NCBI GenBank assembly: GCA_033723415.1
Contig: JAWVXD010000002.1
Span: 1 to 64,000 of the forward strand
Direction: 5' to 3'
Source: Sulfurospirillaceae bacterium
GTDB taxonomy: Bacteria > Campylobacterota > Campylobacteria > Campylobacterales > Sulfurospirillaceae
DNA: 64,000 nucleotides
The notes under the pieces were generated by a model. The model was not told the DNA's origin. It was given only the letters and a program-made list of their open reading frames with translations, and ran no database searches. Below, piece after piece: positions 29,385 to 39,881 of the stretch. Position 1 is the stretch's first letter. Each line of letters begins with the position of its first letter. A program made the position numbers and the translations under genes.

Positions 29385-31217
29385 CTATGATAATTCTACA
29401 AATTTTTGTTCATAAGATTCCATAATCTCATCAAAACTATTGTGTGCTATTTCTAGATTGAAAAAAGCAGTTTCAGCATCACTTTCTTGAGATACGATTA
29501 ACCTAGATAATTCTGAGAGTTTATCGTTTTCTCCATTATTTGACAACTCTATCAACTCTTTTTGATTTCTCACAAGTGCTTCTTCTGTTGCGATAATAAA
29601 CTGCTCTAATCTTTCTATCTCTTTTCTTAGAGGGGCTAAGAGCTTGTTTCGCTCCTGAACCAATTCTGCTCTTCTTTTTTTATTTTCAAAGTTATTTGAT
29701 TTTGGGGTTTTCTTCTCTTTTTTTTCTTCCGCTTCTTCTTCCCAGCCTATTTTCTCTAAGAACAGATCATATCCACCGTCAAAATACTCGGCTTTATCTT
29801 TTGAAAAAACGATCAAACGCTTTGCCACTCGTCTTAGTAACTCTTCAGAGTGCGTAACGATAACGACCGATCCTTGAAAATTCTCGATCGCTTTGGTTAG
29901 GGATTCTATAGACTCCATATCCAGGTGATTTGTAGGCTCATCCAAAAACAGGAGATTGACCTCTTGTGCCAAAGTGATTCCGAGCATCACCCTGCTTTTC
30001 TCACCTCCTGAGAGAAGGTTGATTTTTTTATCAGCACTCTCCCCGCTAAACATCATTGCTCCACAGATACTTCTCGCCATAGTATTGGATAGTTTTGTAT
30101 TTGAACCGTATATTTCTTCATAAACCGTATTATTTAGATTTAAATGATTGATGTTTGTTTGCCCAAAATGAGCATAGGTCACACTAGGGTGCATCTTTAT
30201 CTCACCTTTATTTGGTTTTAATTCTCCAGCCAAAGTGTTTAAAAGTGTTGATTTCCCTTTGCCGTTTTTTCCTATTATACCAAGGCATTCTCCTTTTTTT
30301 AGAACAAAGGATACATTCTTAAATAAAATCTTCTCTTTTGTATAACCGAACTCTAAATTTTCTACTTCCATTAGGATCTTTGCAGGAGTATCTTTATAAT
30401 TAAAATCAAAATCCAGTGTTGATTCACTCTCCAGATCATCCAATTTTTCGATCTTCTCCAACTGCTTTACTTTTGATTGAGCAAGCGCTGCCGTAGAGGC
30501 TCTGGCTTTGTTTTTTGCTATAAATTCTTCTAACTCTTTTATCTTTTTATCTTGTGATATCTTCTGCTTGACATAAAGTTCGTCTCTCTCTTTTAAATGC
30601 TCGTAAAATTTATGAGTATCTCCTTCTATCATGACGAGATTTTTGCGTACGATTCCCATGGTATGTGTGGTGATCTTATCCATAAAGTCACGATTATGCG
30701 TGATGAGGATGACTTCGCCGTCAAAATTTTTCAAGAAATTTTCCAACCAACGCAGTGAAACGATATCCAGATAGTTCGTCGGTTCGTCTAAGAGTAGAAG
30801 GTTTGGTTCTTCGACTAAGAGTTTTGCCAGATTTAAGCGGATTTGATATCCTCCTGAAAAAGACAGAGGACTTTTTTCTAGATCATCTTGAGAAAAACCC
30901 AAGCCAAACAAGATCTTTTCAACTCTGTAAGTGTCGTACTTGACATCTTCTCCCAATGACAAAGAAACCTCATCTCTGATATTTTTTTCACTAAATTCAA
31001 GATGCTGTTTTAATGCTCCTATCTTATAGTTCTTAGGTATGAGTATCTCACCGCTGTCCGCTTCTAGTTCACCGAGTATGAGTTTGAAAAGTGTAGATTT
31101 TCCACTGCCGTTACGACCTACTAGACCGACTCTATTTTTTGGATTTAATTTAAAATTTATATTGCTGAGTAATTCTTGTGCTGCAAAACTTTTGGAAATA
31201 TTTATTAGTTGTATCAT
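29385..31217 (-). CDS. ABC-F family ATPase (ribosome-associated)
   Basis: Two ABC cassettes (GRNGSGKST/FSGG/DEPTN and GKNGKGKST/LSGGE/DEPTNHLD); no TM; C-terminal coiled coil. Confidence 0.93.
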   Translation of the reverse strand: MIQLINISKSFAAQELLSNINFKLNPKNRVGLVGRNGSGKSTLFKLILGELEADSGEILIPKNYKIGALKQHLEFSEKNIRDEVSLSLGEDVKYDTYRVEKILFGLGFSQDDLEKSPLSFSGGYQIRLNLAKLLVEEPNLLLLDEPTNYLDIVSLRWLENFLKNFDGEVILITHNRDFMDKITTHTMGIVRKNLVMIEGDTHKFYEHLKERDELYVKQKISQDKKIKELEEFIAKNKARASTAALAQSKVKQLEKIEKLDDLESESTLDFDFNYKDTPAKILMEVENLEFGYTKEKILFKNVSFVLKKGECLGIIGKNGKGKSTLLNTLAGELKPNKGEIKMHPSVTYAHFGQTNINHLNLNNTVYEEIYGSNTKLSNTMARSICGAMMFSGESADKKINLLSGGEKSRVMLGITLAQEVNLLFLDEPTNHLDMESIESLTKAIENFQGSVVIVTHSEELLRRVAKRLIVFSKDKAEYFDGGYDLFLEKIGWEEEAEEKKEKKTPKSNNFENKKRRAELVQERNKLLAPLRKEIERLEQFIIATEEALVRNQKELIELSNNGENDKLSELSRLIVSQESDAETAFFNLEIAHNSFDEIMESYEQKFVELS

Positions 31218-31307
31218 GAGACTCTTTTTGTTTTTTGGTGCGCAATTTTAACATATTTTGATCATGTTCTTGATAAACGTCTTATATAGCATATTCCAAG
31301 ATATTTG

Positions 31308-31769
31308 TTATGTTTGTAATAATATTTCAAACGGAGTCGCGTTTCTTTGGTTTTTATCTTTTTGTTCTGCTTGCATTTTCTCCTTTAATATCTCCAAGAG
31401 ATGTTTTCTGTAATCTTCTACCAATTTATTTATTTTTTGCATAGCTTCTGGAGAATCACCCATCTGCCCTATAAGCTTTTGCTTGTAGGCTTCCACTTGT
31501 TTGTCTATTTTTTCTTGATTTAGATCGGCAAAAAACTGTACTGCTCCTTTTGTATGCAGCTCTTTTAAAAACTTTGCGACATCATTAGAATGCGACTCAT
31601 CATGAGATGTTATCGTTGGCGTCTTTGTTTCTGTGCTTGCAGCACTTTGTTGACTTAAGACTGTGTCAAACTTTTGTGCATTTGATGCCTCAGTAGTTTG
31701 AGTGTTTTGAAGAATCTTGCAATTTTGCATCGCAGTGAGATAGCTTTGATAAGTAGTGTCTGTTTCCAT
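31308..31769 (-). CDS. Hypothetical helical protein
   Basis: 153-aa ORF with AAGGAG RBS and an upstream sigma54-type site. Confidence 0.8.
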   Translation of the reverse strand: METDTTYQSYLTAMQNCKILQNTQTTEASNAQKFDTVLSQQSAASTETKTPTITSHDESHSNDVAKFLKELHTKGAVQFFADLNQEKIDKQVEAYKQKLIGQMGDSPEAMQKINKLVEDYRKHLLEILKEKMQAEQKDKNQRNATPFEILLQT

Positions 31770-31796
31770 GTTATACTCCTTTCAACTTAGAAATCA

Positions 31797-31815
31797 CAAG
31801 CAAAAGATATTCCTT
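31797..31815 (-). promoter_or_regulatory. Sigma54 (-24/-12) promoter
   Basis: Minus strand reads aaGGaatatcttttGCttg, with exact GG-N10-GC spacing. Confidence 0.7.
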
Positions 31816-32142
31816 ATCCGAGATGATTCGGCAAAAGTATGACTTTGTATCTTACAAAAAAAGGTTATAATATACTTTTGATTTACAATAGCAATAAGCT
31901 AAAATATATACTGTCGCTAAGAAGATGTGGCAAAAGGTGTCAACCATGTGCGGGATTTCACTTGGATACCTCGGATATGCATACTTTTTCAACATTCAAC
32001 GAGAAGATTTTAAGAGACAAAAATGCGTCTTTTGTCGGATCAATAATACAGGCATCGGTATAGACAAAGCCTTCGTACAGACGGCAGGGACAAGATATTA
32101 AAATTCTCAAACGACAATTTAAATCAACACAAAAGGCAGATC

Positions 32143-32586
32143 ATGACTTGTAGAACAGCCGTAAAAGAAGACATCCCTCATCTGTGTAGACTTTTAAACC
32201 AACTTTTCGAACAAGAAGCGGAGTTTGAACCGAATACTAAAGATCAAGCCTATGCCTTGAGTGAGATCATCAAAGATAAAAGAATCGGAGAAGTCTTTGT
32301 TGTCCTGATAAACGATAAGATCGTCGGCATGGTCAATATCTTGTATACGATCTCGACCGCCCTTGGAGCAAAAGTCGCTATGCTTGAAGATATGATCGTT
32401 GACAAGAATTATCGAGGAGAAGACCTTGGCTCGTTTCTTTTAGACTATACGCTCAAAAAAATCAAAGCCGATGGATGCAAAAGAGTCACGTTGCTGACTG
32501 ATGGCGACAATGCAAAAGCGCACAGATTTTATGAAAACAGCGGATTTGCAAGATCCGGTATGATTCCCTTTAGAATACTTTTGTAA
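32143..32586 (+). CDS. GNAT family acetyltransferase
   Basis: LEDMIVDKNYRGEDLG and NAKAHRFYENSGF motifs. Confidence 0.92.
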   Translation: MTCRTAVKEDIPHLCRLLNQLFEQEAEFEPNTKDQAYALSEIIKDKRIGEVFVVLINDKIVGMVNILYTISTALGAKVAMLEDMIVDKNYRGEDLGSFLLDYTLKKIKADGCKRVTLLTDGDNAKAHRFYENSGFARSGMIPFRILL

Positions 32587-32651
32587 TCAACTCCTGACAA
32601 ATCTCAGATCATATTATGTTATACTTTTTAGATATATAAAAAGAGGGCAAT

Positions 32652-33848
32652 ATGAAACTTATAAAACTTGGGGCAATAACGCTGGTGATTTTAGGTCTTA
32701 GCGGAAACGTATCGGCAGCTCAAACACTTGAGAGCGCTTTTAAAGATGGAAAGATAGACGGCACACTCAAAGCTTTTTATTTCAACAGAAACAATCAAAA
32801 TACTCCTTCAAATATAACAGATCTTGGAATTGTCTTAAATTATATAACGGCTAGCTATAAAGGATTCAATGCCGGATTTAGTGCTGAAGGTGCCAGTACA
32901 CAGAATATCAATGAAAATGGCAAAACTGCATTTAACGATGATATGTACGGCACAGGCGCCGTTTTATCACAAGCCTACGTCAAATATACCATAAGTGATG
33001 CATACTTTAAGGTCGGACGACAATACATAGACACGCCGCTTGTTGCAAATGACGACTCAAGAATCGTAAAAGATTCATTTGAAGGTTTTGTCGCAAGTTA
33101 TTCCGGTATTAAAAATACGATACTGACTGCAGTATATATCAGTAAATTTCAAGACAGAAGCAATAAAAACGGTAGTATCGGGACTTTTGAAAATATAAGT
33201 AACGCAAGTAGCAATGATGGAGCATGGAGCGTTGCCCTTACATCAGCTATAGATAAATTTGAGCTTACTGCGGCTTATCTGCAAGTTATACAAAATATTG
33301 GAGATATAAGTGCACTTTATGCAGAAGGAATCTACCATACAAAATACGATACTTCCATCATTGATGTTGCCGTTCAATATTTTCAAGGAAAAGATAAAAG
33401 CGATACTACCGGCTCAAATGACGGCAACACTTATGCTTTCCAGATATCAAGTTCTTTTGACAAACTCTCAGCATATATAGCCTACAGCCATAACAGTAAA
33501 GATAAAGCTACTTTTGCCGGTATCGGCAACGGATCCGGGCCTTTGTATACTGCCGCACCTATCGCTGAAGCAAATTTTGATGCCAATTACCAAATAACTG
33601 TTCTAAATCTTGAATATGCCCTCTCAAATGAACTCAGTGCTTATCTGTTTTATTCACACGATCATTTAAGAGCAACAGATACCATAACAACTAGCAGCTA
33701 TGATATATACAGCATAGGGGCTTCTTATGCTTTTCCTCGGACTTTAAAAGGATTGAATACAACCTTACAATATGAGATAAAAGACTATAAATTTTCCGAA
33801 ATCTCAAATGATAAAGAGTTTAGAGTGAAAATAAAATATAACTTTTAG
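32652..33848 (+). CDS. Outer membrane porin, OprD/Campylobacterota MOMP-like
   Basis: Signal peptide, LESAFKDGK, KVGRQYIDTP and a C-terminal EFRVKIKYNF beta signal. Confidence 0.88.
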   Translation: MKLIKLGAITLVILGLSGNVSAAQTLESAFKDGKIDGTLKAFYFNRNNQNTPSNITDLGIVLNYITASYKGFNAGFSAEGASTQNINENGKTAFNDDMYGTGAVLSQAYVKYTISDAYFKVGRQYIDTPLVANDDSRIVKDSFEGFVASYSGIKNTILTAVYISKFQDRSNKNGSIGTFENISNASSNDGAWSVALTSAIDKFELTAAYLQVIQNIGDISALYAEGIYHTKYDTSIIDVAVQYFQGKDKSDTTGSNDGNTYAFQISSSFDKLSAYIAYSHNSKDKATFAGIGNGSGPLYTAAPIAEANFDANYQITVLNLEYALSNELSAYLFYSHDHLRATDTITTSSYDIYSIGASYAFPRTLKGLNTTLQYEIKDYKFSEISNDKEFRVKIKYNF

Positions 33849-33857
33849 ATTACCGAT

Positions 33858-35243
33858 TTACTCTATTCGTATAGCATTTCTATTAGATATAAATCTTAAC
33901 CAGATATATCCGAAAGTCCCGGCTAATATGGATGCTGTGAGTATGGCTGCTTTTGATTGGACCAAAAGTTCCGGATTGCTTAGATACGCTAGATCAGCTA
34001 CAAATATACTCATTGTAAATCCTATTCCACCCAAAAATGAAACGCCAAAAAGCTGAGTCATCGTGGTTTTTTCAGGTAATTTTGCCACACCTAACTTGAT
34101 AGCAAGCCATGATACTCCAAAAATACCGATAACCTTGCCTGCGACCAAGCCTAATATAACTCCTAAGCTGACCGGTTTTAACAGAAGTGTGCCGATAGAT
34201 GAAAAGTCTATAGGAATACCGGCATTTATAAGTGCGAACAGAGGTATTATCAAAAGTCCTATAGGAAGATGCAGTGCATTCTCATATCTACCCAAGGGAG
34301 CTTCTATACCTATGATCTTGTTTCTCATATCTCTAACGATCACTTTTTGTTCATCTTTTAGTATAAAATTATCTTTTATCGGATATTTGCCAAAATCATC
34401 TAGTAGATGTTTCATAGGCGTAGAAAATGATCTGGGATTAAATTTCGGCAGTGACGGTATTGTCATCGCGACTAAAACACCGGCAATTGTTGCGTGAACT
34501 CCGGACTCTAACGTAAAAAGCCATATAAATACACCAACCAATCCGTATGGAAAAACCGATCTCATGCCAAACCTATTAAAAACGATGAGCACCATAAAAA
34601 GCCCTATAGCTATAGAAAGAGCTATAAAATTAATATGCTCTGTATAGAAAATGGCTATGACACTCACGGCACCCAGATCATCTACTATAGCTAATGCCAC
34701 AAGAAAAGTAACAAGTTGCGGTGAAACTCTTTTACCTAGCAAAACGATGACACTAACGGCAAATGCAATATCTGTAGCCATAGGAATTCCCCAGCCGTTG
34801 CTTCCTGCATGTCCATTGGTCACGATTTTAAATATCAAAGCCGGGACGATCATCCCTCCGATCGCAGCAAGTATCGGTAATATGGAAACTTTTATATCCG
34901 ATAATTCTCCAACGAGTATCTCTCTTTTTATCTCAAGTCCGACTAAAAAAAAGAACAGAGTCATAAGCCCGTCATTTACCCAAAAATGAATATCACGATC
35001 TAATACGAAAGATCCGACACTGATAGATATATGAGTGTGCAGAATATGCTTATAAAAATCCCCTAAAGGAGAATTTATCCAGATTAATGCCACAAGCGTC
35101 ATAACCATCAATATAATACCACTGGACATTTGAGCATGTAAAAAAGCCTCAAAAGGAGAATGTATCTTTCTCCTAAAAAATTTCTCCCACGGATTGTATA
35201 TTCTATTTTGATGACTGCTCATATCTTTCATATCCTCTATCAA
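33858..35243 (-). CDS. nhaA: Na+/H+ antiporter NhaA
   Basis: WVNDGLM, GWGIPMATDIAF, LAIVDDLG and GIGFTMSIF motifs. Confidence 0.96.
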   Translation of the reverse strand: MIEDMKDMSSHQNRIYNPWEKFFRRKIHSPFEAFLHAQMSSGIILMVMTLVALIWINSPLGDFYKHILHTHISISVGSFVLDRDIHFWVNDGLMTLFFFLVGLEIKREILVGELSDIKVSILPILAAIGGMIVPALIFKIVTNGHAGSNGWGIPMATDIAFAVSVIVLLGKRVSPQLVTFLVALAIVDDLGAVSVIAIFYTEHINFIALSIAIGLFMVLIVFNRFGMRSVFPYGLVGVFIWLFTLESGVHATIAGVLVAMTIPSLPKFNPRSFSTPMKHLLDDFGKYPIKDNFILKDEQKVIVRDMRNKIIGIEAPLGRYENALHLPIGLLIIPLFALINAGIPIDFSSIGTLLLKPVSLGVILGLVAGKVIGIFGVSWLAIKLGVAKLPEKTTMTQLFGVSFLGGIGFTMSIFVADLAYLSNPELLVQSKAAILTASILAGTFGYIWLRFISNRNAIRIE

Positions 35244-35296
35244 GTATTATTTTATGTACATTCTATCGTTTAAATGTAAATATCGCCAAAAGAGTA

Positions 35297-36694
35297 CTAA
35301 CACACTACCATATTGACGGCAAGTCCTCCTTGTGAAGTCTCTTTGTATTTGTTCATCATGTCTTTGCCTGTTTCAAACATGGTTTTGATGACGTTATCCA
35401 ATGAAATAAAATGCTTTCCATCACCGTTTAGCGCCATCCTTGCTGCGTTTATTGCCTTGATAGAAGCCATCGCATTTCTCTCTATGCATGGAACTTGAAC
35501 CAATCCGCCAACCGGATCGCAAGTCAATCCAAGATTATGTTCCATCCCTATCTCTGCAGCATTTTCTACCTGTTCTACGCTTCCGCCCATGGCCTCCGCC
35601 AATGCACCTGCAGCCATAGAACAAGCCACCCCCACTTCACCTTGACAGCCGACATCTGCACCGCTTATGGAAGCATTTTTTTTGTACAAGATCCCGATTG
35701 CACCTGCTGTGAGTAAAAAATCTACGATCTTTTGCTCATCATACTCTCGAAACGAACTGCCAAGGAACCGATTCATATAATGCATAACAGAGGGGATGAT
35801 ACCAGCTGCTCCGTTGGTAGGAGCCGTCACGACGATACCGCCGCACGCATTTTCTTCATTGACAGCTAGTGCCCACAAATCCACCCAATCCAATACTTCA
35901 AGCGGATCGACCATAGAAAAACTGGATCTTTTGGATAATTTTTCATAGATGACGTTTGCTCTTCTTTTTATCCCTGTTTTGGGGAGGCATCCTGTGTTTT
36001 GACAGCCATTTTCAACGCAGTTTTTCATAACTTTCCAGATATTTATCAACGCTTTTTTCACTTCTGCTTCGCTTTTGAGATGCTTTTCATTTTCCATCAT
36101 CAAAGCACTGATACTGAGATCATTTGTTTTACACATCTCCAATAGCTCTTTGGAGCTTTTAAATTCATACGGAAAATGCGAGCTCATTTTCTCTTTTTTA
36201 TTCAAACATTTTTCATCCAGTACTTCACCGCCACCGATAGAGTAGTAAGTTTTTTCGAAGATGCAGATTTTTTGTTTATCATACATATATAATCTCACTG
36301 CATTTGGGTGAAATTCCAAGAACTCATCGAAGTTGAAGATCAAATCCTCATTAAAATCAAAACCGATCTTCTTGATATCCAGTAGATTGATCTTACTGCT
36401 TTTTTTCACGCTCTCAAATGTCTTTTCTGCCTTAGCAGCACTGATGTTGTGCGGCTTATATCCACAAAGCCCTAAGATTATGGCTTTATCGCTTCCATGA
36501 CCTCTACCTGTTGCCGCCAGTGAGCCGAAAAATTCTATTTTGATAGTATGACACTGTTGTAAAAACCCTAGCCTTTTTGATTGAGCGGCAAAATCTCTGC
36601 CTATTTTCATAGGACCGACCGTATGAGAACTAGAAGGACCTATGCCTATCTTAAACACTTCCAACACAGAATAATTCATATTTTCTGCCTTCAT
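35297..36694 (-). CDS. sdaA: Fe-S L-serine dehydratase, single chain
   Basis: [28 protein letters not shown] and [19 protein letters not shown] motifs. Confidence 0.95.
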   Translation of the reverse strand: MKAENMNYSVLEVFKIGIGPSSSHTVGPMKIGRDFAAQSKRLGFLQQCHTIKIEFFGSLAATGRGHGSDKAIILGLCGYKPHNISAAKAEKTFESVKKSSKINLLDIKKIGFDFNEDLIFNFDEFLEFHPNAVRLYMYDKQKICIFEKTYYSIGGGEVLDEKCLNKKEKMSSHFPYEFKSSKELLEMCKTNDLSISALMMENEKHLKSEAEVKKALINIWKVMKNCVENGCQNTGCLPKTGIKRRANVIYEKLSKRSSFSMVDPLEVLDWVDLWALAVNEENACGGIVVTAPTNGAAGIIPSVMHYMNRFLGSSFREYDEQKIVDFLLTAGAIGILYKKNASISGADVGCQGEVGVACSMAAGALAEAMGGSVEQVENAAEIGMEHNLGLTCDPVGGLVQVPCIERNAMASIKAINAARMALNGDGKHFISLDNVIKTMFETGKDMMNKYKETSQGGLAVNMVVC

Positions 36695-36810
36695 AATTTT
36701 GATGCTAAGATATTGTAACTCTTATAACCTTATCTTTCGTATCAATAACACCGTAGTAAAATAAAAAGATACAAAAGTGTAACTATGACAATACTAAGTA
36801 AATGAATATC

Positions 36811-37104
36811 TTAAATTTTTTTACTTAGTATTTCTTTGCGCCTTTTTGTATAATCCCACCAAACACGCGCTACTCCGGTGTTCATAAAATCAGTGATCGA
36901 CATGAAAACATCGAGGACACAAGGATCATGTCTCACGCCGCTTTTTTCACATAGCATTTCATAGAGTTCAAACGGGTCTTTCCCTTTTAATTGCTGTGGA
37001 TCTTCAATCCCGACAAGCCGTAAATCAGCCGCCAATAAGGGACCGACATTTGGAAGATCGGTTAGTTTTTTGACATTGTCTTTGTTGACTTTAGCGGGAT
37101 TCAT
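36811..37104 (-). CDS. Helix-hairpin-helix protein, Cdd1/McrB-like family
   Basis: LTDLPNVG, RHDPCVLDVF and WWDYT motifs. Confidence 0.82.
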   Translation of the reverse strand: MNPAKVNKDNVKKLTDLPNVGPLLAADLRLVGIEDPQQLKGKDPFELYEMLCEKSGVRHDPCVLDVFMSITDFMNTGVARVWWDYTKRRKEILSKKI

Positions 37105-37513
37105 TGCTTAACTTTGAAAAATATTGTCGTGTCATGACAAAGAAGATCAGAAATATGATCCCATAAAATATAGTATTGTAAATGATCGCGATGGTATTGG
37201 GACTATTTAGTAGATGAACGCTCCACACGTAGATGACAAGGATAGTAAAAATCAAGATTGAGCGTTTTGAACAACTTTTAGGATTCTGGGCGATCATATT
37301 TTTATCAATATAGGAGAGTGAATACTTCATCCCAAGTAAGAAAAACCCGACATTGATCACATCTCTAAGAAGTGTCAATGCACCGCTGTTAAAAGTATTG
37401 CCCAAGTATTTCCACACAAAATATCCTATCATCAAACCAAAAAACGGAAATATTACAGCTGTTGTCATGATGTGAAAAGTGACGATACCAAGCGTTGATT
37501 TTTCTTTTTTCAT
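37091..37513 (-). CDS. Hypothetical membrane protein (4 TM)
   Basis: Hydrophobic 140-aa ORF overlapping the start of the HhH gene. Confidence 0.7.
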   Translation of the reverse strand: MKKEKSTLGIVTFHIMTTAVIFPFFGLMIGYFVWKYLGNTFNSGALTLLRDVINVGFFLLGMKYSLSYIDKNMIAQNPKSCSKRSILIFTILVIYVWSVHLLNSPNTIAIIYNTIFYGIIFLIFFVMTRQYFSKLSNESR

Positions 37514-37653
37514 TGTGGCTCTTTTTGGATATATTTTGAGATATTATATCGCAAAACAGGACGACTTTTCGACACTGCTTATAAAGCATACTACTTCATT
37601 CTCTCTAAAAATGGTAAAATTTCTCTAATCAATACATCTTGGAGAATCGGCAT

Positions 37654-39060
37654 ATGGGACAACCTTATCATTACACTTTGGGTGTAAAAACCTATACTTT
37701 TAAAAATCTGGCAGATTTGATGGCAAAAGCTACACCAAAACGATCCGGCGATCTGCTCGCAGGAGTGGCGGCTTTGTCCTCACAAGAACGCGTAGTGGCA
37801 CAGATGTGTCTTGCCGAAGTGCCGCTCAAAACGTTTCTCAACGAAGCCTTGATACCATATGAAGAAGACGAAATCACGCGGTTGATCCTAGATGAACATG
37901 ACACAGAAGCATTTGCAAGAATATCGCATCTAACTGTCGGAGATTTCCGCAACTGGCTTTTGAGCGATGATGTCACGAGCGAGACACTAAAAGAAGTACG
38001 TGATGGCATCACCCCCGAGATGGCAGCGGCGGTGAGCAAGATCATGCGAAATCAAGACCTCATCATGGTAGCCAAAAAGTGCCACGTCACCACCGCTTTC
38101 AGAAACACGATCGGGCTACAAAATCGCCTCTCTACAAGACTCCAACCAAATCATCCCACAGACGATGCTATGGGAATCGCAGCATCCATACTCGATGGTT
38201 TGCTATATGGCAACGGGGACGCGGTTATCGGTATCAATCCCGCAACAGACAGCGTTGAACAGGCGATAAAACTGCTAAAACTCACCGATGAACTCATCCA
38301 AAAATATGAGATTCCGACACAATCTTGCGTACTAACACATGTCACTAACACGATTGAAGCGATACAAAAGGGTGCACCGGTTGATCTGGTTTTCCAGTCG
38401 ATAGGAGGAAGTGAAGCGACTAACACTAGTTTTGGCGTCAATTTAAATATCCTCAAAGAAGCACAAGATGCAGCACTTAGTTTGAACCGAGGCACTGTGG
38501 GGGAAAATGTCATGTACTTTGAAACGGGTCAAGGAAGTGCGCTCTCAGCCAATGCAAATTTTGGCTTGGATCAGCAAACTTGTGAAGCCAGAGCTTACGC
38601 CGTAGCCAAAAAATTTGATCCACTTCTCGTCAATACGGTTGTGGGTTTCATAGGACCTGAATACCTTTATGACGGCAAAGAGATCACGCGAGCCGGACTG
38701 GAAGATCATTTCTGTGCCAAATTGCTCGGGCTTCCGATGGGATGTGACATATGTTATACAAATCACTCCGAAGCCGATCAAAACGACATGGACAATCTTC
38801 TTACTTTACTCGGCGTCGCCGGATGTACCTTTATCATGGGTATCCCTGGATCTGATGATATCATGTTAAACTATCAAACGACTTCGTTTCATGACGCGCT
38901 CTATGCAAGACGCGTTTTGGGTCTGAACCCTGCACCTGAGTTTGCCGCATGGCTTGAGAAGATGGAGATATTTAAAGATATGGATAAATTTGTCTTAAAT
39001 GACAAAATGCCAAAAAGTTTTTCAAAAGCACTCTCAATCACAACAGGAAATCAGTCATGA
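37654..39060 (+). CDS. eutB: Ethanolamine ammonia-lyase large subunit (ATG at 37654)
   Basis: RSGDLLAG, RLQPNHPTDD, MYFETGQG and GCDICYTNH motifs; GGAG RBS. Confidence 0.97.
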   Translation: MGQPYHYTLGVKTYTFKNLADLMAKATPKRSGDLLAGVAALSSQERVVAQMCLAEVPLKTFLNEALIPYEEDEITRLILDEHDTEAFARISHLTVGDFRNWLLSDDVTSETLKEVRDGITPEMAAAVSKIMRNQDLIMVAKKCHVTTAFRNTIGLQNRLSTRLQPNHPTDDAMGIAASILDGLLYGNGDAVIGINPATDSVEQAIKLLKLTDELIQKYEIPTQSCVLTHVTNTIEAIQKGAPVDLVFQSIGGSEATNTSFGVNLNILKEAQDAALSLNRGTVGENVMYFETGQGSALSANANFGLDQQTCEARAYAVAKKFDPLLVNTVVGFIGPEYLYDGKEITRAGLEDHFCAKLLGLPMGCDICYTNHSEADQNDMDNLLTLLGVAGCTFIMGIPGSDDIMLNYQTTSFHDALYARRVLGLNPAPEFAAWLEKMEIFKDMDKFVLNDKMPKSFSKALSITTGNQS

Positions 39061-39881
39061 ACGATATACAAAAAACACAAACAAACCAGAATATAATCGA
39101 AAACCCATGGGCTGAGTTGCGAAAATACACTGACGCTAGGATCGGACTTGGCAGAGCCGGAGTCAGCATACCTACTTCTCATATGTTGGATTTTACACTA
39201 GCTCACGCAAAAGCTCAAGATGCAGTTCATGAGCCACTTGATGTGCAAGAGATCGTGACACAATTGCAAGGAGATGATCTTGCAGCTCCTTTACTGTTGC
39301 ATTCACAAGCCATTGATCGAGATACATACCTCAAGCGTCCAGATCTGGGTCGCAGACTCGACGTGCTATCTTGTGAAAAATTACAAGAATTTCAAAAGCA
39401 TCATGATGATTCCTATGACCTCAGCATCGTCATCGCCGATGGCTTGTCATCTATCGCTATCAAAAATCATGCAGCCAATTTTATAAAACTCCTCAAATCC
39501 GCTCTTGCAAAAGATTCACAAGATTGGAAACTCGCCCCTCTTATGATCGTACAACAAGGACGCGTAGCCATAGCAGATGAGATCGGAGCGATTTTAGGCG
39601 CACGAACAACACTGATCTTGATTGGGGAGAGACCGGGGCTTAGCTCACCTGACAGCTTGGGACTTTATCTGACCTGGAATCCAAAAGTCGGCACCACGGA
39701 TGCAGGAAGAAACTGTATATCAAATGTGAGACATGAGGGATTGAGTTATGAAAAAGCAGTACAAAAAGCGATGTATTTGCTCAAAGAATCCAGAAGATTA
39801 CAACTCTCGGGAGTCAATCTCAAAGATCGAACTTTTGAGAATGTTTTAGATGAAACCACCCATCAGGATAAACTCACTTAA
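39057..39881 (+). CDS. eutC: Ethanolamine ammonia-lyase small subunit
   Basis: TDARIGLGRAG, YLKRPDLGR, IGERPGL and RNCISN motifs. Confidence 0.96.
   Translation: MNDIQKTQTNQNIIENPWAELRKYTDARIGLGRAGVSIPTSHMLDFTLAHAKAQDAVHEPLDVQEIVTQLQGDDLAAPLLLHSQAIDRDTYLKRPDLGRRLDVLSCEKLQEFQKHHDDSYDLSIVIADGLSSIAIKNHAANFIKLLKSALAKDSQDWKLAPLMIVQQGRVAIADEIGAILGARTTLILIGERPGLSSPDSLGLYLTWNPKVGTTDAGRNCISNVRHEGLSYEKAVQKAMYLLKESRRLQLSGVNLKDRTFENVLDETTHQDKLT

Noticed and set aside
31911..32087. Calling the segment 6S RNA
   Set aside because: The size fits, but the pairing is weak, I cannot verify the central bubble, and the context is not the purD neighbourhood I recall for Campylobacter and Helicobacter; kept only as an unassigned candidate
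39874..39881. Convergent 3' overlaps (eutC/mutS; also FTR/glycosylase at 27769-27783)
   Set aside because: Short tail-to-tail overlaps are ordinary in compact genomes
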